Made by a program: the position numbers and the translations under genes. Positions 12,695 to 21,670 of a stretch of DNA of 64,000 nt are shown in pieces (the stretch's first letter is position 1; every line of letters begins with the position of its first letter). The DNA comes from Arenicellales bacterium. Its GTDB lineage: Bacteria; Pseudomonadota; Gammaproteobacteria; Arenicellales; JAANXG01. The stretch covers positions 4,138 through 68,137 of the forward strand of contig JASJAT010000044.1 of assembly GCA_030066885.1 (NCBI GenBank). The letters are read 5' to 3'. The notes beneath the pieces are model-generated. The model had not been told where the DNA came from, made no database searches, and saw only the letters and a list, made by a program, of their open reading frames with translations.

Positions 12695-13513
12695 TTATCC
12701 TTTCACCGCTCCGAAGGTCAGCCCACGCACCAAGTGCTTCTGCACGATAAATGTAAATACCAAGATAGGAAGTGTCGCAACGACCGCCACTGCTGCGACC
12801 TGCCCCCACAATGTCCCATGCGGCGTAATCAATCCGGGGATACCCACGGTGAGTGTGCGTCCCTCGAATGCAACCAAGATGAAGGCATAGAGAAATTCGT
12901 TCCAGCTCAAGATGAAACACAGCACAGCCGTGGCGGCCAGTCCTGGCGCAGCCAGCGGCACCAGGATTTTAAGAAACGTCCCGAATTGAGAATGACCATC
13001 CATCATGGCTGCTTCGTCTATGTCGCGCGGTATGTCATCAAAGAATCCCCGCATCATCCACACCACCAGCGATAGGTTAAAGGTAGTGTGCGCCAGGATT
13101 ACCGCAATCGGTTTGTCGGTAATACCCAACGTGGTAAACAGTAGAAACATTGGTACAACTATCGATATGGGCGGTGCCATCCGGGTAGTTAGAAAGAAGA
13201 AAAAAAGATCTTCCTTGCCTCGAAAGTCAAACCGCGCAAACACGTAAGCTGCCGGCGCACCGACCACAAGCGACAACACCGTGCTGAACGTCGCAACAAT
13301 GATGGAATTCCATACAAGCGGCAAGTAGCCCTTATCAATGAAAACCTTCGGGTAGTGGTCGAAGGTAGGGGCAAAGGCCCATACCGGGATGTCCGCCAAA
13401 GCGTCCAGCCGGGTCTTGAACGACGTCAGAAAAATCCACAGATACGGTAGCAACATCAAGACCAACACCACGATGACCGCTGCCAATGCTGCTGTTTTCC
13501 ACGCGCGAGTCAT
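12695..13513 (-). CDS. ABC sugar/polyol-phosphate permease (UgpE/MalG-like)
   Basis: 272 aa, six TM helices, EAA loop DIDEAAMMDGHSQFGTFLKILVPLAAPG. Confidence 0.9.
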   Translation of the reverse strand: MTRAWKTAALAAVIVVLVLMLLPYLWIFLTSFKTRLDALADIPVWAFAPTFDHYPKVFIDKGYLPLVWNSIIVATFSTVLSLVVGAPAAYVFARFDFRGKEDLFFFFLTTRMAPPISIVVPMFLLFTTLGITDKPIAVILAHTTFNLSLVVWMMRGFFDDIPRDIDEAAMMDGHSQFGTFLKILVPLAAPGLAATAVLCFILSWNEFLYAFILVAFEGRTLTVGIPGLITPHGTLWGQVAAVAVVATLPILVFTFIVQKHLVRGLTFGAVKG

Positions 13514-14442
13514 TACCTTGCGAAACCCGCCCGCCGGCTCCGCTGTCCTCCACCCCAGAACACGGCTTTATAAAAAACCGCACATAGGATGAGTACGACC
13601 AGATACACCATGAAGGCACACACCGCGCCATAACCAAGGTCCCAGTCCTTGAAGTTAACCCGGTAGGTGTAGATAGAAAGGAGCTCGGTTGCGATACCCG
13701 GTCCGCCGCCAGTCAGAATAAAGACTTTATCGAACTCCTTGAACGCATCTATACCACGCAACAGTAAGACTAAAGCGATGATCGGGCGCAACAGGGGTAA
13801 AGTGACATCTCTGAAAAGCTGTAGTGGACCGGCGCCGTCCATCACCGCGGCTTCATAGGGTTCGCGGGGCAGACTGAGCAGACCCGCCAGCATGATCAAT
13901 GTCACAAACGGTGTCCATTGCCATAGGTCAATCAGCATGATAGCCGGTAGTACCAGAGACGAGTCGGATAAGATCGCCGTCCGCTCATCGATTACGCCGA
14001 TCAATCGTAGGTAATAAGTCACCATGCCAAAATCGCCTTGTAAAAGCAGCTTCCAGATCAAACCGACAGCGACTGGTGCCAACATCATCGGAACGAGTAA
14101 GAGGGTTAAAAACAACCGGCGCTTTTGGATGAAATGAAATAACAACAGGGCAAGGGCAAAACCCGCGATAAACTCGATGATAACAACCCAAACCACGAAC
14201 TTAAGGGTCAACAGGAAGCTATGCCAGAAAATGTGATCCTCACGCACCAATCGGCGGAAATTGTCGAATCCTACGAAACTGCCTTCCCGACCTGGCAGGG
14301 CAAAATGAAGGTCGGTGAAGCCCGTCCATACCATATAAAGGAACGGGCCCACTAGGATCAATAAGAGGAGGAGTACGGAAGGGATCAACAATAGCGGAGC
14401 CATCCCGCGATCGACGATCGCTCCCATCCTCCTATTAATCAT
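13513..14442 (-). CDS. ABC sugar/polyol-phosphate permease (UgpA/MalF-like)
   Basis: 309 aa with EAA loop EPYEAAVMDGAGPLQLFRDVTLPLLRP. The start is uncertain because AGGAGG directly abuts the second ATG. Confidence 0.88.
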   Translation of the reverse strand: MINRRMGAIVDRGMAPLLLIPSVLLLLLILVGPFLYMVWTGFTDLHFALPGREGSFVGFDNFRRLVREDHIFWHSFLLTLKFVVWVVIIEFIAGFALALLLFHFIQKRRLFLTLLLVPMMLAPVAVGLIWKLLLQGDFGMVTYYLRLIGVIDERTAILSDSSLVLPAIMLIDLWQWTPFVTLIMLAGLLSLPREPYEAAVMDGAGPLQLFRDVTLPLLRPIIALVLLLRGIDAFKEFDKVFILTGGGPGIATELLSIYTYRVNFKDWDLGYGAVCAFMVYLVVLILCAVFYKAVFWGGGQRSRRAGFAR

Positions 14443-14520
14443 AATGGCAACTCTAACTAGCTAGTTCCTGTCCGAAAATAGCATGGGTCATTGTAATGGC
14501 CCTCGACTCGATCCGGGAAA

Positions 14521-14555
14521 CGTAGCAATCCAGGATGTTTCTCTGGATTGCTACG
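14521..14555 (-). promoter_or_regulatory. perfect 13-bp stem / 9-nt loop hairpin between the binding-protein and permease genes
   Basis: CGTAGCAATCCAG (14521-14533) and CTGGATTGCTACG (14543-14555) are exact reverse complements. On the transcribed minus strand the hairpin is followed by TTTCCC. Confidence 0.6.
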
Positions 14556-14653
14556 CTTTGTCTACCATACGCGTTTGTTGATACTAGCACCTCCGCACAA
14601 TGGCGCTTGTTCCGGACATAGACTAGCTGAGCTAGTTTGTCATATCTGCCATG

Positions 14654-16051
14654 CTACTGAACCGGATACTTCATGGGTGCGCAAGACCCCAGGAGTTTAG
14701 ATATCTCCGCGGCAGCTGTATCGAGCGCTTCCTTTGCGTTCTTTTGGTCAGACAGGTAACTGCTCAGTTCTCGCACCAAGATATCGGTGATCTGTGGCGA
14801 CTCAGGAATCGTGGGTTTTGGCAAAGCAACCGCATTCGTGTCCATAGATGCCTTTGAATAGCTAATTTGCTGTACGTCCGGATGGGCGTACACGTCTGGC
14901 CTTGCGGATGCACCTCCGTTCAAGTGTTGGTTCAACTGTTGCTGCTGTTCCATCATCCATTGAACAAATAAATAAGCTGCTTCCTTGTTCTTCGAGTAAG
15001 TTGGAATCAGATAGGTCCAACCCTCAACTTGACCAACCTTTCCGCCTTTCCCCTGGGGAATTATGTCGAACCCCATCTTACCGGCAACAGTACTTGCCTC
15101 CGCGTCTTCAGCTACCGCATAGGTAGCGTCATTCCACATGATCAACTGATACACTTTCCCTTGTTGCATTAGCGCCATAACATCATCCCAGAAATAGTTC
15201 AGTGTATCCGCGGGCGAGTAATCCATCAGGCTCTTGTAATATTCCAGTGAAGCGATGGCCTCGGGACTATTGACGATGACGGGACCGCATTCGCTGCCCG
15301 CTTTTACTTCCAGCATATCGCCGCCAAAGCTGTAGAGGAAATTGAGCCATTCGTACCAAAGTGCTTCGTGCCGCTTGCCTTGAATAGCCGTACCGTAAAA
15401 ACCTTCATCCGGTCGGGTAAACCATTCGGCAATGTCGGTGTACTCCTGCCAAGTCGTCGCCGGCTTCAAGTCATACCCGTACTTGGCCTTGAAACCTTCC
15501 CGTTCCTTCGGGTCGTTCAGAAGATCATCCCGATACCACATGTACATGGTGAGTGCGGTAAATGGAAAACCATAAATCTTCCCGCCATACCACGATATCT
15601 CCTTCCAAAGTCCCTGATAGAGCTGATCTTCGGGACTAAAGGAAGGATCACGTAATGCAGAATTGTCGAGGTATTTCTCCAATGCTTCAACGTGGCCATT
15701 GGCAACGAAACGGCCGAGCTCCCGGTGCGGTTGTAAAATAAAATCATACCGACCGCGTTTGGAGTTCAGGTCTAGCATAACCTTGTTGACCGCTTCAGAG
15801 TGTTCGTACATCTCGATAACAACCTCGATACCGGTACGTTCTTCAAAATCCCCCTTGAGCTTTTCCATGGCCTCAAGCGGTGGTAATGCCTCACCGATGG
15901 TGCGTATGGTGATCCCTTTATAAGGAGCTGCCGCTTCTTCCAGCGTCCAAGCCACGGCGTGTGTACCAGTGAAGAGTGTTAGAAGAATTGCTAAGAAAGC
16001 TGTTTCCATGCTGATACGAAACAGCCGACCGAATGATGGTTCAAGCCTCAT
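14654..16051 (-). CDS. ABC transporter periplasmic substrate-binding protein (family 1, sugar / glycerol-phosphate type)
   Basis: 465 aa with a signal-peptide-like N-terminus ending AVA/W. GGGAGG lies 5 nt upstream of ATG 16051. First gene of the transporter operon. Confidence 0.85.
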   Translation of the reverse strand: MRLEPSFGRLFRISMETAFLAILLTLFTGTHAVAWTLEEAAAPYKGITIRTIGEALPPLEAMEKLKGDFEERTGIEVVIEMYEHSEAVNKVMLDLNSKRGRYDFILQPHRELGRFVANGHVEALEKYLDNSALRDPSFSPEDQLYQGLWKEISWYGGKIYGFPFTALTMYMWYRDDLLNDPKEREGFKAKYGYDLKPATTWQEYTDIAEWFTRPDEGFYGTAIQGKRHEALWYEWLNFLYSFGGDMLEVKAGSECGPVIVNSPEAIASLEYYKSLMDYSPADTLNYFWDDVMALMQQGKVYQLIMWNDATYAVAEDAEASTVAGKMGFDIIPQGKGGKVGQVEGWTYLIPTYSKNKEAAYLFVQWMMEQQQQLNQHLNGGASARPDVYAHPDVQQISYSKASMDTNAVALPKPTIPESPQITDILVRELSSYLSDQKNAKEALDTAAAEISKLLGSCAPMKYPVQ

Positions 16052-16275
16052 ATCAACCTCCCATGCGTTGGTAGCGCCTGACGCGCCCTTACTTTAACGT
16101 CGCGCTGCGTTGTGCTGAGTTTTATTACCTAACTGCCGCCCAACATCGCCTACAGGCATTGTTTGGGTTGTGTCACGATACCACTGGGAATGTGGTTCTT
16201 GCAATATCTATTTGTTTATTACAACATTAAGACATCACTGTTACTCGCGCCGGGAAAAGACGGGGAGACAGCTTC

Positions 16276-16953
16276 ATGGATTTCATTTTCATGTTGACAC
16301 AGCACGACAAGACCGTCCCTAATTGTTTAGAAGTCCTTGATAATATAGGACATATTGGAATTTCACATATCGGTTTCAAGGATCTTGGCGTCGACACCGA
16401 TACCCTCTCGACACTCACCAAGCGCATAAAAAACACCGGGGCCATGTCATATATGGAAGTGGTGAGCACAACACGTAAAGGGGTTCAAACGTCGATTCAA
16501 ACCGCTTCTAAAATTGGGGTTGACCGGGTACTCGGTGGTCAGGAAATCGAATTCGCCATGGAAGTTCTTAAAACTACCAACGTAGGATACTACCCGTTCC
16601 CGGGCCGTCCAACTGGGCACCCGACTCAACTTGAGGGCTCTCCCGTTGATGTCAAGAAAGATTGCATTCGGATCCGTGCTGCCGGTTGCCCTGGGGTCGA
16701 TCTTCTGGCTTACCGGGCGACCCAGTCCGACCCCCTGGAACTTGTTCGTGCTGCCAGGGCCGGGTTGGATACAGGTTATTTGATTGTTGCAGGCAGTGTT
16801 GACTCCCCCGCCCGTATTCGTGAACTGGCTGAAGCGGGGGCAGATGCCTTTACCATCGGATCTGCGGTTTTTGAGGGGACTTTCGCTCCGGGAAATAGTT
16901 CGATTGTGCACCAGTGCCAACAGATTCTTGCCGTCTGTGAACAACTCGCATGA
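16276..16953 (+). CDS. TIM-barrel-like protein (GlpP / NanE-like phosphate-binding C-terminus); exact family not recognised
   Basis: 225 aa. The C-terminal IVAGSVDSPARIRELAEAGADAFTIGSAVF resembles the phosphate-binding end of (beta/alpha)8 sugar-phosphate enzymes. GGGGAGA lies ~7 nt upstream of the ATG, and the stop overlaps the next start (ATGA). Confidence 0.5.
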   Translation: MDFIFMLTQHDKTVPNCLEVLDNIGHIGISHIGFKDLGVDTDTLSTLTKRIKNTGAMSYMEVVSTTRKGVQTSIQTASKIGVDRVLGGQEIEFAMEVLKTTNVGYYPFPGRPTGHPTQLEGSPVDVKKDCIRIRAAGCPGVDLLAYRATQSDPLELVRAARAGLDTGYLIVAGSVDSPARIRELAEAGADAFTIGSAVFEGTFAPGNSSIVHQCQQILAVCEQLA

Positions 16954-18296
16954 GCACAGCCATGTTAAGCGGCTCTCCTGGAGACAAGACGAAAGACCAA
17001 GACATCATTGCGCGGCTGCTCGCTGGGACAATACCAGACCCCGACGGTGAAGAAACAGATGTCCTCACCGTCCCTACCCAACAAGTGGTTATCGCCGATA
17101 GCCTTGTTGATCAGGAAGCGGTACTGGTGCGGAACCTGGGGATTGAACCTCCATTTGCCGTAGTCAGCGACCCGCTTACTCGCGAAGTTCTAGGCGATAG
17201 GGTCGAGCGAGCTTTGGCATCGATTGGGCGTATATTCAAAATACATCTCGGCCATCAGCCCAAGGCCGACATGGAGACGGTTGATGCGTTGGAAAGGGAA
17301 ACCACAATGGCGAGCAGTTTGATTGCTGTTGGTTCGGGCACAATCAACGACTTATGCAAATTTGTTGCGCACAAGCAGAACAAACCCTATGCCGTATTTG
17401 CCACCGCCCCATCGATGAATGGGTACACGTCGGTGAACGCGGCGATCAGTGAATACGGCCTTAAGAAGTCTTTGCCCGCAACAGCGGCAAAAGGTGTATT
17501 CATGGATCTTGGGGTACTCGCCGAAGCGCCGGTTCGCATGATCCGCTCCGGATTGGGCGATTCCGTTTGCCGCCCCACGGCGCAATCCGACTGGCTGTTG
17601 TCACACCTTCTTTTCGGGGGCATGTACCGGCTTGCCCCTTTTTCGTTACTGCAAGAAGACGAAGAGGCCCTGCTGGCGGAATCAGAAGCCCTCGTCTCCG
17701 GTGACCTCGAGGCGATGGGCCACCTCGCCCGCACACTGATTTTGTCTGGTTTCGGAATGACCATCTGCGGCGGCAGCTACCCCGCCAGCCAGGGGGAGCA
17801 TCTGATAAGTCATTATGTCGAGATGATGCCGCCGGCGAGCTGGGATGAAGCTTTTCATGGTGAACAAATCGCCGTCACAACCTGTGTCATGGCCCGGCTT
17901 CAGGAACGAATTTTGACCGGCCCTCGGCCGCGAGTAAAACCAAGCATGGTGGATAGACACACCTTAATCAGTCACTACGGGGCTGAAACAGGCGAGGCTT
18001 GCTGGAAAGAATTCTCACTGAAGCGGGTGGACGCCGAAAAAGCCGAGCAACTCAACGCCCAACTGGAGCAGACTTGGCCCGACATATGTGACCAAATCTC
18101 CCGTACGACAATTTCGTCACGTCAAATAGAGTCCGCTCTGGCACGAGCCGGGGCCCCGACTACCTGCACCGATATCAAACTGTCCCGGGCGTTTTTTCGA
18201 GATGCCGTTTCGCATGCACGCGAGATTCGCAATCGATATACCTTTCTCGATTTGGCCGCCGATGCGGGTAGATTGGACGTCGATGCACTTCTCTAA
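16950..18296 (+). CDS. iron-containing ADH superfamily protein, glycerol-1-phosphate dehydrogenase (AraM/EgsA)-like
   Basis: 448 aa with GSGTINDLCKFVA, ATAPSMNGYTS and GEHLISHY. These resemble the nucleotide- and metal-binding motifs of the GldA/G1PDH branch. Confidence 0.65.
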   Translation: MSTAMLSGSPGDKTKDQDIIARLLAGTIPDPDGEETDVLTVPTQQVVIADSLVDQEAVLVRNLGIEPPFAVVSDPLTREVLGDRVERALASIGRIFKIHLGHQPKADMETVDALERETTMASSLIAVGSGTINDLCKFVAHKQNKPYAVFATAPSMNGYTSVNAAISEYGLKKSLPATAAKGVFMDLGVLAEAPVRMIRSGLGDSVCRPTAQSDWLLSHLLFGGMYRLAPFSLLQEDEEALLAESEALVSGDLEAMGHLARTLILSGFGMTICGGSYPASQGEHLISHYVEMMPPASWDEAFHGEQIAVTTCVMARLQERILTGPRPRVKPSMVDRHTLISHYGAETGEACWKEFSLKRVDAEKAEQLNAQLEQTWPDICDQISRTTISSRQIESALARAGAPTTCTDIKLSRAFFRDAVSHAREIRNRYTFLDLAADAGRLDVDALL

Positions 18297-18299
18297 CTG

Positions 18300-19127
18300 A
18301 TGCGACCGGTAAAGGACTGCCCCAGCGAAACCCTGCGCCAGCTGCGCGCTGTCCTTTGCGACATTGACGACACCCTGACCTGGCAGGGGCGACTTCCCGC
18401 TGTGGCCTACAATGCCCTTGAGCGGCTTCGTGGGAACAACTTGATTGTGGTGCCGATCACCGGGCGCCCCGCGGGCTGGTGTGACCATATCGCCCGCATG
18501 TGGCCGGTCGATGGAATCGTCGGCGAGAATGGTGCATTTTATTTCCACTACGATTCCGGGTCGCAGGAAATGATCAGGCAATATTGGCGCACACCTCAGC
18601 AGCGACATGACGATCGCGCAAAACTCGATATCATCAAAAACCGTGTTTTAAAAGAGATCCCTGACGCCGCTATTGCGACAGACCAGGCTTACCGGGAGGC
18701 TGACCTAGCCATAGACTTTTGTGAAGACGTGCCTCGTTTGTCTGCGGGGCAGATCGAACGAATCGTTGAGATATTTAAAGCCGCCGGTGCGACTGCCAAA
18801 GTAAGCTCTATACACGTAAACGGGTGGTTTGGCGACTACGACAAACTGGCCATGACCAAACAAATGTTTGAGCAGGTGTTTTCCATAGACATCGAATCTG
18901 ATGCCGCCGCAATTGCATTTGTCGGTGACTCGCCTAACGACGTAGACATGTTTGAGTTCTTTCCCAACGCAGTGGGCGTAGCCAATGTGCAGGAATGGGT
19001 TGATTCTCTCCAGGCAACGCCCCGGTGGGTGACTGAGAAACCCGGTGGATTCGGCTTTGCCGAATTCGCCCGGATCGTGGTCGATGCGAGGGGTGATGGG
19101 AAAAATGATGAATACACGTCTTTCTAA
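18300..19127 (+). CDS. HAD-IIB (Cof / sugar-phosphate phosphatase type) hydrolase
   Basis: 275 aa with motif I CDIDDTLT, PITGRP and motif IV GDSPNDVDMF. The start is 4 nt after the upstream stop. Confidence 0.85.
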   Translation: MRPVKDCPSETLRQLRAVLCDIDDTLTWQGRLPAVAYNALERLRGNNLIVVPITGRPAGWCDHIARMWPVDGIVGENGAFYFHYDSGSQEMIRQYWRTPQQRHDDRAKLDIIKNRVLKEIPDAAIATDQAYREADLAIDFCEDVPRLSAGQIERIVEIFKAAGATAKVSSIHVNGWFGDYDKLAMTKQMFEQVFSIDIESDAAAIAFVGDSPNDVDMFEFFPNAVGVANVQEWVDSLQATPRWVTEKPGGFGFAEFARIVVDARGDGKNDEYTSF

Positions 19128-19881
19128 GAACGAACGCTGGGAGCGGATTCTTTCTCGTCTGAACAATGACGTCACGGTGCGCATATCCGCTTTGGCAGAA
19201 CAGTTCGGAGTCACCACCGAAACCATTCGTCGGGACATTGACGAACTGACGGAACAGGGCCTGGTTAGCCGCACCTATGGTGGTGCGGCCAGCAGGTCTC
19301 TGACCGCCGAACCGAACCTGTTGCAACGGCGCGAGCGTCATGTCGCGGAGCGGCAACGAATCGCCCAGCTCGCAATTTCATTAGTCCAAGCCGGCGACGT
19401 TATAATGATTGACTCCGGTTCCACCACTTATCAATTCGCACTTGCGCTGTCCGCTCGGACAATTGCGTTGACCGTGCTCACCAACTGCCTGCCGATTGCA
19501 CAGAATCTGGGCGGGATCAGGGGTTTCAAGGTCATTCTTTGCCCCGGGACTTACAGTAAAACCGAGAACGCGGTATATGGCCAGGAGACCATTGCTTTCC
19601 TGGATCGCTTCCAAGCAAATAAAGCAGTGATCGGAGCTGGGGGTCTAACCGCGAACTGTGTAACGGATGCTGACACAGAAGCGGCCTGGGTAAAGAGAAA
19701 GATGATTGAACGATCAGAACACACGATACTTGTGCTTGACCACAGCAAATTCGACCTGCAGATGTTCGACCGTGTCTGCCCATTAAGCCACATCCAAGAT
19801 GTCGTTGTCGATCGCGATCCCCCCGAGGAGTTGAGGCGCGCCCTCCGAGCTGCTCCTGTTCAAATATATGTGGCAAACTAA
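19105..19881 (+). CDS. DeoR/GlpR-family transcriptional regulator
   Basis: HTH segment ISALAEQFGVTTETIRRDIDELTEQGLVSRTYGGA plus a DeoR-C sugar-phosphate sensor domain. The track ORF starts at 19045 inside the HAD gene. I chose ATG 19105; 19096 is also possible. Confidence 0.88.
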   Translation: MMNTRLSKNERWERILSRLNNDVTVRISALAEQFGVTTETIRRDIDELTEQGLVSRTYGGAASRSLTAEPNLLQRRERHVAERQRIAQLAISLVQAGDVIMIDSGSTTYQFALALSARTIALTVLTNCLPIAQNLGGIRGFKVILCPGTYSKTENAVYGQETIAFLDRFQANKAVIGAGGLTANCVTDADTEAAWVKRKMIERSEHTILVLDHSKFDLQMFDRVCPLSHIQDVVVDRDPPEELRRALRAAPVQIYVAN

Positions 19882-19908
19882 AACGGTGAACTAAAAGTAC
19901 AAATAGAC

Positions 19909-21357
19909 ATGTTTGTCGGTGTCGACATCGGAACCCAAAGCCTCAAAACAGTCGTCCTAGACGACGATATGCAGCTTCGAGGCGAAGCCGCGACCGCCTA
20001 CCAGCCGTCGTTTCCCCGTCCCGGTTGGTCGGAGCAAGATCCTGCACTATGGGAGACCGCCTTGGCTCAAACCATCAACCGGGCTCTAACGAGGGCACAA
20101 GTCCAAGCCGGCGACGTCAGGTCACTGGGCATCGGTGGGCAGCTAGACGGGTGTATCGCCGTCGGCAACAATGGATTGTCCCTATCACCCTGTCTAATCT
20201 GGATGGACCGCCGGGCTGAGACCGAGATCATCGGCTTGCCTGCGAAAGAGATCCGAGAAAAAACCGGTATCGTGCTCGACGCCTCGCACATGGCCGCCAA
20301 GATCAGATGGTTAAAAGACAATGTCGCGGGGACCAAGCAGAGTTGCCTGTTTCATCAACCCTCGTCGTATCTCGTTTATCGCCTGACGGGTAATCACGTC
20401 ATGGACCATGCGCTGGCGTCGACCAGCATGTTGTACTCACTGTCTACGCAGGCGTTTGATCCTTGGCTACTTCAACTGTTTGAAATCGACCGTTCCGAGC
20501 TGCCTGCGGTGTCGGCAGCCGAACATTGCGCGGGCACACTGAACGCTCAGGGGAGTGAATTGACCGGTCTTAACATAGGAACCCCGGTCGCCGTGGGTAC
20601 CGGAGATGATTTCTCAACGCCGTTGGGCGCTGGAGTGGTTGATCCGGGACGATTGGTTTGTGTGCTGGGGACGGCGGAAGTGGTTGGTGCAGTTCATCCT
20701 GAGCCGATCATAGACGACAAGGCCCTGGTCGAAACCCACGCCTTTCCGGGGGGCGGCTTTTTCATTGAAAACCCAGGATGGCTTTCTGGCGGTGCGCTCA
20801 CCTGGTTCAAGGAAGTATTGACGCTGAAAGATTTCAAAGAGTTTGACCGCTTAGCCGAGACCGTGACACCCGGCTGCGGCGGGGTTACGTTCCTGCCGGG
20901 GTTGACTGGAACTATGGCGCCGGAATGGGTTGCCTCGGCACGAGGTTGCTTTTACGGCCTAACGCCGGCCCACAGCAAAGAGCATATGATGCGGGCTGTT
21001 CTCGAAGGAACCGCTTTTGCAATGCGCGACGTGGCGGAACGGCTTGGTGGAATGGGAGTAGACCTACGTTCAATCCTGCTCTTGGGGGGAGGCGCCAGCA
21101 GTCGCGTTTGGGCAAGGATTCGTGCCGATCTCACCGGGTTGCCGGTTGAAATTCCAGCGCTAACCGACACAGCTCCCATAGGCAGTGCGCTACTCTCAGC
21201 CGTTGCCGCAGGTCATTTATCTGATCTCACCGCCGCAACCGAGCTTTTAACCCTGGGGAGCGAAACAATAGAGCCTGACGCTTCATCCAAACCGGCGTAC
21301 GACGAAGCCCATGCCGCTTATCGTCTGCTTTTCCAAAGCCTGCGCCCGATGTTTTAA
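19909..21357 (+). CDS. FGGY-family carbohydrate kinase (xylulokinase / glycerol-kinase-like)
   Basis: 482 aa with VGVDIGTQSLK, GWSEQDP, IWMDRR and GGGASS. Confidence 0.88.
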   Translation: MFVGVDIGTQSLKTVVLDDDMQLRGEAATAYQPSFPRPGWSEQDPALWETALAQTINRALTRAQVQAGDVRSLGIGGQLDGCIAVGNNGLSLSPCLIWMDRRAETEIIGLPAKEIREKTGIVLDASHMAAKIRWLKDNVAGTKQSCLFHQPSSYLVYRLTGNHVMDHALASTSMLYSLSTQAFDPWLLQLFEIDRSELPAVSAAEHCAGTLNAQGSELTGLNIGTPVAVGTGDDFSTPLGAGVVDPGRLVCVLGTAEVVGAVHPEPIIDDKALVETHAFPGGGFFIENPGWLSGGALTWFKEVLTLKDFKEFDRLAETVTPGCGGVTFLPGLTGTMAPEWVASARGCFYGLTPAHSKEHMMRAVLEGTAFAMRDVAERLGGMGVDLRSILLLGGGASSRVWARIRADLTGLPVEIPALTDTAPIGSALLSAVAAGHLSDLTAATELLTLGSETIEPDASSKPAYDEAHAAYRLLFQSLRPMF

Positions 21358-21670
21358 ACCGGGGATAAATATAACGAATCGCGGCGAGGGCGCCGCTCCT
21401 ACAAGGTTCTGCTATTTGTAAAAAGGAAAAACTCCCGCCAAGCCGCCAAGCTCGCAAAGACCCAAGGAAACTTTGAAGGGGTGTAAGTCGGCGTGTCAGT
21501 GGCAACCCAGAAACCGGATTGTTTAGCTCTGTCTACCACTTGCTTTTGGCCGTACTAATACCTCAACAAATGTCGAAATACTGAAATGATTATCTCTCCC
21601 TTGGCGGCCTTAGCTCCTTTACGAGAGAATAATTCGACCGTAATGGTGCTCAGACAATACAGCCTTTTGG

